Origin: Candidatus Krumholzibacteriota bacterium
GTDB taxonomy: Bacteria > Krumholzibacteriota > Krumholzibacteriia > JAJRXK01
DNA: 64,000 bases
Direction of reading: 5' to 3'
NCBI GenBank assembly: GCA_963806035.1
Contig: CAWDWO010000039.1
Coordinates: forward strand, 63,781 to 127,780
This document shows, in pieces, positions 26,997 to 35,197 of the stretch. A program made the position numbers and the translations under genes. The number at the start of each line of letters is the position of its first letter. Position 1 is the stretch's first letter. A model generated the notes under the pieces. That model ran no database searches, was not told where the DNA came from, and saw only the letters and a program-made list of their open reading frames with translations.

Positions 26997-28307
26997 ATGG
27001 ACACGAAGAGGAAGGCTAATTCCCCGAGTAAAGCTTCGACAGGAGCGTTCTTGCCGCGCATCGTTCGCAACGAGGACGGGATGGCGCTCGCCATCACGAT
27101 CATCCTGCTCTTGAGTCTGGCGGCAATGGCTCTGACCGCCACCCTGGTGGGGAGCACGGACCTCAAGGTGGCCGGAAATCAGCGCATGAATTCGGCCGCC
27201 CTGGATGTCGCCGAGGCGGGCGTGGCGGAGGCTCTCAACCGCATGAGCCTCACCCCGGGCACCACCGTGCCGGTGGGAGGCAACGCCGTCGACGCTTCCA
27301 TTGCGGATCCCACTTTCCCGCCCAATCCGAATTGGAAGGCGCACATCTATCTGACCCCGATCGGGGCTGCGCCGGCGGCTCCTGCCGGAGAGTTCAGCAC
27401 CGGTACCGTGCAGACGGCCGGCAACTATCTGCAGTATTCGGACCCCGCGGACGTCAACGAAGCGATTCTCATCGAGCACAAAACGCGCGACTTCAACGGC
27501 GACGGAGTCCCCGAAGTCGTTCTCTACGACCCCTCTCTGGTTCCTCCGGAGAATCCGAATTCGGGATCGCCGGTGGAAGTGGTGACGGCGACCGGTCACC
27601 AGGGAACAGCCAAACGCACGGTGCAGGTGGAAGCGATTCGTTTCCCCATTCATCCCAACGTCACCGCCGCGCTCAGCGCGGACGGAACGGTGGACCTGCG
27701 CGGTAACGTCACCGTGTGTGGTCACAACCACCGCATCGACACGCCGGTGGGCCGCCAGCTACCGCTCTGTTCCCCCGCCTGGGACGAAACCGTGGGACAT
27801 CTGCCTGCCGTCATGACGACGGGCTACTCCGTTGGAACGCGAGGTTCGACGGACCTGTTGGGGAGTCCCGCGGTAACCGACACCTCCTCCACGAACCATT
27901 TCTACAGCCTTTCGGAGGCTCTGGGCGTCACGCAGTCCGAGCTGAACGACATTCTCTCCAGTCCCGACCAGACAAGCGACAGCGACTCGGGTCCCTACGA
28001 CGGGATCACCTACATCCAGGGTGACGCAGGCTTCAACGGGATCAACGGGCAGGGACTTCTGTATGTGACGGGGGACCTCACCCTCGCCGGTAATTTCTCC
28101 TGGGTCGGCCTGGTCTACGTGGAGGGGGAGCTGCGCAATACGGGAAACACCTGGATCCTGGGCGGGGTCATGGCGCGTGGTGACCTCCACGTCGCCGTGG
28201 ACTTCGGTGCCGGAACGCCAGTGATTCTCTACAGCCAGGAAGCACTCGAGCAGGCACTGACGCGTTCCATGCGCTATGTGACCTTGGGGTGGAAGGAGAT
28301 GGACTAG
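26997..28307 (+). CDS. PilX/GspK-like minor pseudopilin (PilX N-terminal-type anchor, enlarged 436 aa)
   Basis: ...RNEDGMALAITIILLLSLAAMALTATLVGSTDLKVAGNQRMNSAALDVAEAGVAEAL matches the PilX_N/GspK N-terminal pattern (hydrophobic helix then AGNQ...A...AEAG). ATG is preceded by a GGGAGAG SD. Confidence 0.65.
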   Translation: MDTKRKANSPSKASTGAFLPRIVRNEDGMALAITIILLLSLAAMALTATLVGSTDLKVAGNQRMNSAALDVAEAGVAEALNRMSLTPGTTVPVGGNAVDASIADPTFPPNPNWKAHIYLTPIGAAPAAPAGEFSTGTVQTAGNYLQYSDPADVNEAILIEHKTRDFNGDGVPEVVLYDPSLVPPENPNSGSPVEVVTATGHQGTAKRTVQVEAIRFPIHPNVTAALSADGTVDLRGNVTVCGHNHRIDTPVGRQLPLCSPAWDETVGHLPAVMTTGYSVGTRGSTDLLGSPAVTDTSSTNHFYSLSEALGVTQSELNDILSSPDQTSDSDSGPYDGITYIQGDAGFNGINGQGLLYVTGDLTLAGNFSWVGLVYVEGELRNTGNTWILGGVMARGDLHVAVDFGAGTPVILYSQEALEQALTRSMRYVTLGWKEMD

Positions 28308-28813
28308 TGCGTAGCTCACGGCAGACAGCTCGTATCCAGCGCCACGGGGCGGCCGGGTTCACTTTACTGGAGATGATGGTGGCCATCGTCGTGATGGGCG
28401 TCGCCATGGCCTTCACGGCGCCCAACATCATCCAGAGCGCGCGCACGCACAAGCTGCGCAGCGCGGCCGGTGAAGTGCAAACCGCGTTGGCCAGGGCGCG
28501 TTCCACCGCCGTCACCAAGAAGGCCACGGTGCGCCTGGATTTCTTGGGGGGCGCGAATCCGCTCTACGTCGTGCGGGAAGATCTCGACAACGACGGTGTC
28601 TACGATCGTTGGACTTCGTGGTCCAGAATTCCCAGTGGCGTGCGGATGACGAACCTGAATTTCGGCGGCAACAACTTCGTGAGCTTCACCTCCAGCGGAG
28701 TGCCCTCCGCGGGGGGCACGATCACCCTGCAGGTCGACAACGGTCAGCAGCGGGTCATTCGCCTCGCTCCGGGAAGCGGAGCCGCCACGGTCTCCACCCC
28801 GGCCAATTCCTGA
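28307..28813 (+). CDS. FimT/GspH-family minor pseudopilin
   Basis: Leader VRSSRQTARIQRHGAAG|FTLLEMMVAIVVMGVAMAF, then the GspH-type segment IIQSARTHKLRSAAGEVQTALARARSTAV. GTG 28307 has a GGAAGGAG SD 8 nt upstream and overlaps the previous stop by 1 nt. Confidence 0.75.
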   Translation: MRSSRQTARIQRHGAAGFTLLEMMVAIVVMGVAMAFTAPNIIQSARTHKLRSAAGEVQTALARARSTAVTKKATVRLDFLGGANPLYVVREDLDNDGVYDRWTSWSRIPSGVRMTNLNFGGNNFVSFTSSGVPSAGGTITLQVDNGQQRVIRLAPGSGAATVSTPANS

Positions 28814-28914
28814 GCCGCCGAGAGCAGCCCGAATCCGAGCTGAGGGTCCCGGCGTAGCGAAAGTAGTTGTATCTTACAACTATTAGATTCGCCAAGCGCT
28901 GAATCTCCTGCGTT

Positions 28915-29409
28915 TCATTGCGCGCTTTCCGCATCCTGCGGCGGGTGCTTTCGCTCGCTGCGTTGGCGGTCCACCCAGCGCTTGGTGGCTTTTGCCAGCG
29001 CATGCAGGCCCTCCAGGGCTGGCTCCCGCTCCTCGCTGGGAAGCAGAGTGAGGATCTCGCGACACGAGGCGCGGATGCGGCTCTCGAGCTGCAAGAACAG
29101 AGTCTCTCCGGCCGGGGTGAGTTGGACTTCGACGCGACGCCGGTCCTGCTTGGCGGCCTGGCGTGTCGCTAAGTTCTTTTTTTCCAGGCCGTCAACCACG
29201 CGGGTCAGGGTGCTCTGGGTCAGCCGCAGCTCCTCCGCCAAGACCTTCATTCCGGCCGAGCCCAGCTCCCACAGGGTCTGCAGGAGGTTCCATTGGCTCA
29301 AGCTGAGCCCGGCCTCGGCGCAGAAGAGCCGATCGCGCGCGGCGCCTCCCTGGGAGAGAGTTCGTCCGTCCTGAAGAAGACGACCACTGAGTCGAAAACT
29401 AGAAGCCAT
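28915..29409 (-). CDS. MarR-family transcriptional regulator
   Basis: 164 aa. Winged-helix core LSLSQWNLLQTLWELGSAGMKVLAEELRLTQSTLTRVVDGLEKKNLATRQAAKQDRRRVEVQLTPAG. ATG 29409 has a GAAGGAG SD. Confidence 0.85.
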   Translation of the reverse strand: MASSFRLSGRLLQDGRTLSQGGAARDRLFCAEAGLSLSQWNLLQTLWELGSAGMKVLAEELRLTQSTLTRVVDGLEKKNLATRQAAKQDRRRVEVQLTPAGETLFLQLESRIRASCREILTLLPSEEREPALEGLHALAKATKRWVDRQRSERKHPPQDAESAQ

Positions 29410-29440
29410 CGAAAATCTTAACTCCTTCGTAGATGCAACT

Positions 29441-29468
29441 ATTGTACGTTCGTAACGGGTAAGTTCAA
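29441..29468 (-). promoter_or_regulatory. sigma-70-type promoter TTGAAC-N16-TACAAT for marR (minus strand)
   Basis: The reverse complement reads TTGAAC (29468-29463), a 16-nt spacer, then TACAAT (29446-29441), 31 nt before the marR ATG. Confidence 0.5.
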
Positions 29469-29508
29469 GGAAATCTTTCGCCTGAAGCGCTTTCTCACTC
29501 GTGGAATC

Positions 29509-29536
29509 TTGACAGCGTAGACCGAAGCGGTACACT
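29509..29536 (+). promoter_or_regulatory. sigma-70-type promoter TTGACA-N16-TACACT upstream of tRNA-Thr
   Basis: TTGACA at 29509-29514 and TACACT at 29531-29536, about 60 nt before the tRNA. Confidence 0.45.
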
Positions 29537-29597
29537 TCTTCGTGGCGACACCACGATGCAGAAATGGCATCGGCTTCCGTCTTCCAAGTCGCATCGA

Positions 29598-29673
29598 GCT
29601 GGTGTAGCTCAGCTGGTAGAGCAGCTCACTCGTAATGAGCAGGTCTGCGGTTCGATTCCGCACACCAGCTCCA
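29598..29673 (+). tRNA. tRNA-Thr (CGT)
   Basis: Acceptor GCTGGTG/CACCAGC, D arm GCTC-AGCTGGTA-GAGC, anticodon stem GCTCA/TGAGC with loop CTCGTAA, T arm TGCGG-TTCGATT-CCGCA, encoded CCA. Confidence 0.95.
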
Positions 29674-29735
29674 CTCGTGATTCGAGAGTCCCTGCATGCC
29701 TCGCGGGGAGTGATGCGGTCGCGGAACGTCGTCGG

Positions 29736-29775
29736 AAGGGGCCCTGCAGCCTGGGCCCCTTCTTTCTTTTTCTCC
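29736..29775 (+). terminator. intrinsic terminator after tRNA-Thr
   Basis: 9-bp stem AAGGGGCCC / GGGCCCCTT with an 8-nt loop, followed by a T-rich tract tctttctttttct. Confidence 0.7.
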
Positions 29776-29797
29776 AGGAGCGAAAGAGAGCGCACGC

Positions 29798-31142
29798 GTG
29801 GCCTTGAAGATCAGTATCTCGGGAATTCGCGGCGTGGTGGGTGAGGATCTCGATGCCGAAGTGGTTGCACGATTCGCGGCCGCCGTTGGCAACATGCTCC
29901 CGGAAGGTACAGTCGTGGTCGCGCGCGACTCACGGCCTTCGGGGCCGGCCCTGTGCCGCGCCGTCGAGCGCTGCGCTGCTCTCCACCGGGCACGACGTCA
30001 TCGACGCGGGGATTCTGAGTACACCGGGTACGGAATTGCTCGTGCAGGACACGGACGCGGTGGGTGGCATCATCATCACCGCGAGTCACAATCCGGTGCA
30101 ATGGAATGCTCTGAAACTTCTCGACGCCAAGGGCCTCTTCTTTTCACAAGAAGCGATGGATGAATTGCTCGAGCGTTCCTCGCGTCCGCGGCAGCACGTA
30201 CCTGCGCTCGCTCACGGTAGCTACCGTGAGGTGTTGGACGCGGACGAGCGGCACATCTCGGCCATCTGCAAGTTGGCGATGGTCGAGCCCGAGAAGATCC
30301 AGCGCGCCGGACTAAAAGCGGTGGTGGACTGCACTGAAGGCGCGGGGGGCGCAATCATGCCGCGGCTCCTGCGGCGCCTCGGCGTCGAGACGGTGGAACT
30401 CAATTGCAATCTGAGCGGTCACTTTCCCCACGATCCCGAACCACGTCCGGAACATTTGGAAGAGCTGTGCGCCCTGGTGGCCAAAGAGAAGGCCGACCTC
30501 GGCTTCGCAGTCGATCCCGACGTTGACCGTCTCGCGCTGGTCGACGCGGGGGGGCTGGCGGTGAGCGAGGAGCGCACCTTGGTCGTGGCCGCGGACCACG
30601 TGCTTTCGCGCAAAGCGGGTCCTTTGGTCGTCAATCTCAGCTCCACTCTGGCCCTGGACGCGGTTGCCAAGCGCCATGGGGTCCAAATCCATCGCACCGC
30701 GGTGGGGGAGGCCAATGTGGTCCAAAGGATGCTCCAGGTTTCGGCAGTCGTCGGGGGCGAGGGCAACGGCGGGGTCATTCTGCCCGAGCTGCATCCGGGC
30801 CGCGATGCGCCACTGGGCGCCGCTCTGGTGCTTTCCGCGGTGGCCGAAGCCGGTTCCCTCAGAGCCTGCCTTCAGCGCTATCCCGACACGAGTATGGTGA
30901 AGGCCAAGCTGGCGTTGCGCCCGGAAATCGACGATCCGAAGCGTTGGGAGGCCTGCCTGAAGGAACTCGGGGAAGGGGGACAGATGGACTCCACCGATGG
31001 ACTCAAGTACTCTTTAGGGGATCGCTGGGTCCACCTCCGTCGTTCCAATACGGAAAATGCTCTTCGCATCATCGCGGAGGCGGACACGATGGCTAAGGCC
31101 TCCGAAATGGTCGAGAGCGTGCGCCGGTCCCTGGATCGCTGA
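29798..31142 (+). CDS. phosphohexomutase (PGM/PMM family; likely phosphoglucosamine mutase given the adjacent glmS), frameshifted as assembled
   Basis: The N-terminus VALKISISGIRGVVGEDL...ARDSRPSGPALCRAVER is in the frame of ORF 29798..30163. The rest (ALLSTGHDVIDAGILSTPG..., active-site TASHNP, metal loop AVDPDVDR) is in the frame of ORF 29841..31142. Confidence 0.8.
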
Positions 31143-31183
31143 TCCAGGCGCCCGCGGGGCCGAGCCGAGAGGGGAACGATTTC

Positions 31184-33010
31184 ATGTGCGGCATCATCGC
31201 CATGGTCGGGCACAAGCCCACCGCCAACATTCTCATTGAAGGACTCAAGCGCCTGGAATATCGCGGCTACGACAGCGCGGGAATCGCGGTGCGCAACGGT
31301 AAGGGTCTGGAGCTGCGCAAGTGCGCGGGGAAGATCAATCGCCTGGAGAGTCTGCTCGCCGAAGATCCCATCGACGGAGAGAGCGGCATCGCTCACACGC
31401 GCTGGGCCACCCATGGTCACCCCACCCAAGAGAACGCCCATCCCCATTTCAGTTGTGATCGCAAAGTCGTGCTGGTGCACAACGGGATCATCGAGAATTA
31501 CCAGGCGCTGAAGTCGAAGCTGGAGAATGTCGGCCATACCTTCGATACGGAGACCGACACCGAAGTTCTCGCGCATCTCATCGAGTACCACTACAAGGGC
31601 AAGCTGGAAATCGCCGTGCAGGAGGCGCTCAAACTGGTACGCGGGACCTACGGGATCGCCGTGATGCACCAGGACGAGCCAGGGAAGGTCGTGGGGGCGC
31701 GCAACGGAAGTCCCCTGGTCGTGGGCCTGGGCGATGACGAGTATTTCGTGGCCAGCGACGTGGCGGCCATTCTGGCGCGCACCCGACAGGTGATCTACCT
31801 CGACGACGGCGAAATGGTGGTCATCACCGCCTCCGGCTACCACACCATGGACATCGACAACAAGACGGTGGACAAGGACATCCACGAAGTGACCTGGGAT
31901 CTGGATCAGATCGAGAAGGGCGGTTATCCGCACTTCATGCTGAAGGAGATCCACGAGCAAGCCCAGACGATCGCGGACACTTTCCGAGGACGGCTCCTTC
32001 CCGAGACCGGCGATGTCAAACTGGGAGGCCTGGCCGACTTCGAGCCGCAGCTGCGCCGCTGCAAGCGCATCCTGATTTTGGCCTGCGGCACCTCCTGGCA
32101 CGCCGGCCTGGTCGGCGAGTACATGATCGAGGAGTACGCCCACATCCCGGTCGAGGTGGAATACGCCAGCGAGTTCCGCTATCGGCAACAACTCCTGGAT
32201 CCCAATACCGTGGTTTTCGCGATTTCCCAATCGGGCGAGACGGTCGACACGCTGCAGGCCATGCGCGAGGCCAAGAAGCGCGATGCCCTGGTATTGGGGA
32301 TCACGAACGTGGTGGGCTCCACCATCGCACGCGAGAGCGACGGCGGGGTATACATTCACGCCGGTCCGGAGATCGGCGTCGCCTCGACCAAGGCCTTCAC
32401 CTCCCAGGTGACGGCGATGCTTCTCCTCACCCTCTATCTGGGCCGGATGCGCGACATCTCCGAGGAGATGGGGATCAAGATCATCCGCGCACTCATGGAC
32501 ATTCCGCGCCAAGTGGAGCGGATTCTGGCTCAGGAGGATCTCATTCGCGAGCTCGCGCGGGCCTACGCCCCGCACAGCAACTTCCTGTATCTGGGCCGGG
32601 GATACAACTTCCCCATCGCGCTCGAAGGCGCACTCAAGCTCAAGGAGATTTCCTACATTCACGCCGAAGGGTATCCCGCGGCGGAAATGAAGCACGGGCC
32701 GATCGCGCTCATCGACAAAAACATGCCGGTTGTCGTGCTCTGCACTCAGGACGGAACCTACGAGAAGATCAAGGGCAACGTGCAGGAAGTGAAGGCGCGC
32801 AGTGGACGGGTGCTCGCCCTCGTGAGCGAGGACGACTCGGACATCTGCAACATGGCCGACCACTGCCTGCGGGTTCCGACCACCCTCGATCTCTTGTCGC
32901 CCCTTCTCAACGTGATTCCCCTGCAACTGTTGGCCTATCACATCGCGGTCCTGCGCGGCTGCAATGTCGACCAACCCCGGAACTTGGCCAAGAGCGTGAC
33001 GGTAGAGTAG
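31184..33010 (+). CDS. glmS: glutamine--fructose-6-phosphate aminotransferase
   Basis: MCGIIAMVG N-terminal nucleophile, two SIS domains (ACGTSWHAG), C-terminal NLAKSVTVE, 608 aa. Confidence 0.95.
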   Translation: MCGIIAMVGHKPTANILIEGLKRLEYRGYDSAGIAVRNGKGLELRKCAGKINRLESLLAEDPIDGESGIAHTRWATHGHPTQENAHPHFSCDRKVVLVHNGIIENYQALKSKLENVGHTFDTETDTEVLAHLIEYHYKGKLEIAVQEALKLVRGTYGIAVMHQDEPGKVVGARNGSPLVVGLGDDEYFVASDVAAILARTRQVIYLDDGEMVVITASGYHTMDIDNKTVDKDIHEVTWDLDQIEKGGYPHFMLKEIHEQAQTIADTFRGRLLPETGDVKLGGLADFEPQLRRCKRILILACGTSWHAGLVGEYMIEEYAHIPVEVEYASEFRYRQQLLDPNTVVFAISQSGETVDTLQAMREAKKRDALVLGITNVVGSTIARESDGGVYIHAGPEIGVASTKAFTSQVTAMLLLTLYLGRMRDISEEMGIKIIRALMDIPRQVERILAQEDLIRELARAYAPHSNFLYLGRGYNFPIALEGALKLKEISYIHAEGYPAAEMKHGPIALIDKNMPVVVLCTQDGTYEKIKGNVQEVKARSGRVLALVSEDDSDICNMADHCLRVPTTLDLLSPLLNVIPLQLLAYHIAVLRGCNVDQPRNLAKSVTVE

Positions 33011-33021
33011 GAGAGGGCTTC

Positions 33022-33411
33022 ATGAACGCGGAGCGACGAATCATCCATACCAAGGAAGCCCCCGAGCCGGTGGGGCCTTACAGCCAAGCTATCGTGGCCG
33101 GGGACTACCTTTTTTCGGCCGGGCAAATCGGCATCGACCCGGCCACCGGAATGATGGCGGGACTCGATGTGGCGACCCAAACCCGTCAGGTCATCAAGAA
33201 CCTCGAGGCAGTGCTCGCGGCCGCCGGAGCTTCGCTTCAGCAGGTCGTGAAGACGACGATCTATTTGGTGGAACTCGACGACTTCGCGCTGGTGAACGAG
33301 ATCTACGGCGAGGCTTTCTCGAAGGCGAGTCCGGCCCGCAGTACCGTGGAAGTCTCGCGCCTGCCTCTGTCCGCCCGAGTCGAGATGGACGTCGTGGCTC
33401 TTTTGCGTTAA
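33022..33411 (+). CDS. ridA: RidA/YjgF-family reactive-intermediate deaminase
   Basis: HTKEAPEPVGPYSQAIVAGDYLFSAGQIGIDPATG ... PARSTVEVSRLP, 129 aa. Confidence 0.85.
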   Translation: MNAERRIIHTKEAPEPVGPYSQAIVAGDYLFSAGQIGIDPATGMMAGLDVATQTRQVIKNLEAVLAAAGASLQQVVKTTIYLVELDDFALVNEIYGEAFSKASPARSTVEVSRLPLSARVEMDVVALLR

Positions 33412-33434
33412 AAAGGCCGGGCGCGAGTTCGCGG

Positions 33435-33530
33435 GGGGATGGATGGGTCCTGGTGGGCCCCGGGGACTTCAAATCCTGCGGTCGGGTGCCAAGCGTCCGA
33501 GGTGGGTTCGATTCCCACACATTCCCGCCA
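33435..33530 (+). tRNA. selC: tRNA-Sec (UCA) candidate
   Basis: 96 nt. Anticodon loop CTTCAAA. 6-bp D stem GGGTCC/GGGCCC with 4-nt loop. Long variable arm CGGGTG-CCAAG-CGTCCG. 5-bp T stem GTGGG/CCCAC. 8-nt acceptor strands GGGGATGG / ACATTCCC. Discriminator G and encoded CCA. These are the 8+5 bacterial tRNA-Sec hallmarks. Confidence 0.75.
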
Positions 33531-33557
33531 TGCCTCTCTTCAGCGCGCAGTGGACCG

Positions 33558-34523
33558 ATGACAGATACCCAAGTCAGCGTCAGCTCCGCCGCGACCGCTC
33601 CCGAAGTGGTGCTCATCCTCAATCCTACCGCCGGGAAGGGACGGGCGGGACGCGAGCTCGTTCATCTTCGTAGCCATTTCACCGCTCGCGGCATCAAGGC
33701 GGACATCTTTCTGACCCGCGGCGAGGGTGACGGCACTCGCATCATGCAGGAACTGGAACCCGCCCCGGGAACCATCGTGATCGCGGCGGGCGGAGACGGG
33801 ACCGTGCATGAAATCGGCGGCGCTCTCATCGACAGGGAGGAACTCAGACTCGCGGTGATCCCCATGGGATCGGGCAACGACTACGCCCGCCTGATGGGCA
33901 TGCCGAACGATCCGGTGCGCTGTCTCGATCTCATCCTCGAAGGAAGCGATCAGCACTGGGACGTCGGCCTGGTGGGAGAGGAGTTCTTCCTGAACTCGGT
34001 GGGCTTCGTTCTCTCCTCCGCGGTGAGCTGGCACAGCCGTCAGACCGGACCTCTCACCGGGCTTGCGCGCTACGGCATGGCCGTGTTGCGAGCCCTGAAC
34101 GATCACCGGCCGGTTCGCATGGGCTTCGATGGATTAGAGGCCTCGGGAGATCACTGGGTAAGCCTGATGGAAGTGGGAATCGGAAACTGCGCGGGAGGGG
34201 GATATCGGCTCACGCCGCGCGCCAATCCCACCGACGGTCTCTTGGATGTCTGTCTGGTGAGCGCTCTGGCGCGCTGGAGAATTCCCCTGCTCATGCCAAG
34301 GGCGCGCGCGGGACGCCATCTCGATCATCCAAAGGTCATCTACGAACAGGTGGCGGGTTTCCGCCTGCGTCTGGATGCGAGGGCACTGATCCACCTGGAT
34401 GGGGAACTCAAGCGCCTGGAGAAGGGGGAATACAGTGTGCGCGTGAAGAGCAAGTCTCTGCGCGTGCGCATCCCCAAAGATCGTGCCCTGGAACTGGGGA
34501 GGAAGAGGGAGGGGACGCCGTGA
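33558..34523 (+). CDS. diacylglycerol/lipid kinase family protein (YegS-like)
   Basis: LILNPTAGKG, AAGGDGTVHE, PMGSGNDYAR. ATG 33558 was chosen so the CDS does not overlap the tRNA-Sec gene. Confidence 0.8.
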   Translation: MTDTQVSVSSAATAPEVVLILNPTAGKGRAGRELVHLRSHFTARGIKADIFLTRGEGDGTRIMQELEPAPGTIVIAAGGDGTVHEIGGALIDREELRLAVIPMGSGNDYARLMGMPNDPVRCLDLILEGSDQHWDVGLVGEEFFLNSVGFVLSSAVSWHSRQTGPLTGLARYGMAVLRALNDHRPVRMGFDGLEASGDHWVSLMEVGIGNCAGGGYRLTPRANPTDGLLDVCLVSALARWRIPLLMPRARAGRHLDHPKVIYEQVAGFRLRLDARALIHLDGELKRLEKGEYSVRVKSKSLRVRIPKDRALELGRKREGTP

Positions 34524-35161
34524 GAGCCCAGGCCAAAAGGGCGGCGGTCCTGATGCTGGCGATCGAGTGTCTCTTGCTTCCCTCGCTGGCAGACGCCAGC
34601 CAGATGGAGGGGGCGACGCCAGCCGTCGCGCCCGCGGATTCCACTCGAGTTCCACCGCCAGCCGCTCCACTCGATCTGGGGAACGGCCCGGTCTATCCGC
34701 CAGGAGGCGTTGCAGGCCCGCAGAACCTGCAGCGGTTTCAACCCCGCTCCACCACCGCGGCCGTGTTGATGTCGGTTCCCTTGCCGGGGTGGGGCCAGTT
34801 CTACGGAGACGCTCCGTTTTGGGGCGTGGTGGCTTTCGGGGCTCAGATGTGGTTCTACGGGAACATCGCCATGCAGCTGCGGAGACAGGAGCGCCAGCGC
34901 GTGGCAAGGGACCAAGCTCCGCTGGGAAGTGCGGAGCGCGACATCCGCGACGCCCTCGTGACCGAGCACTCCGAGCGTGCCCGAGATTTCATCTGGTGGG
35001 CCGCGGGATCGCTCCTCTTGGTCTCCCTGGATGCCTACGTCAGCGTTCAATTGGTCGATTTCGATTCACCCATTCCCCCGACTCCCGATCTCGAGCGTGG
35101 GCTCGGCGCGGAGCTCCCTCGTGGCGGTGTGGTCGCCGTGACCTTACAATTGCCCTTCTAA
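34520..35161 (+). CDS. hypothetical secreted/membrane protein
   Basis: Signal-like N-terminus MRAQAKRAAVLMLAIECLLLPSLADA, Pro-rich linker, two hydrophobic segments around PLPGWGQFYGD. GTG overlaps the upstream stop (GTGA). Confidence 0.45.
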   Translation: MRAQAKRAAVLMLAIECLLLPSLADASQMEGATPAVAPADSTRVPPPAAPLDLGNGPVYPPGGVAGPQNLQRFQPRSTTAAVLMSVPLPGWGQFYGDAPFWGVVAFGAQMWFYGNIAMQLRRQERQRVARDQAPLGSAERDIRDALVTEHSERARDFIWWAAGSLLLVSLDAYVSVQLVDFDSPIPPTPDLERGLGAELPRGGVVAVTLQLPF

Positions 35162-35197
35162 GAGGGCCGTTCGCACTCCGCTCACATCCCGAAGTCC

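Noticed and set aside
20974-29597. Integrase, IS element, or att-type direct repeats marking the tRNA-bounded segment as a mobile island. Also any CRISPR array in the window.
   Set aside because: No recombinase- or transposase-like translation in any frame, and no repeat of the tRNA 3' ends noticed by eye. The only tandem repeats in the window are the protein-coding TSP3 and SdrD-B-like repeats. The segment is therefore reported only as compositionally distinct accessory DNA.
33453-33557. Upstream extension of the lipid-kinase ORF (start 33453).
   Set aside because: The extension overlaps the tRNA-Sec candidate. The in-frame ATG 33558 gives a normal N-terminus just before the LILNPTAGKG motif.
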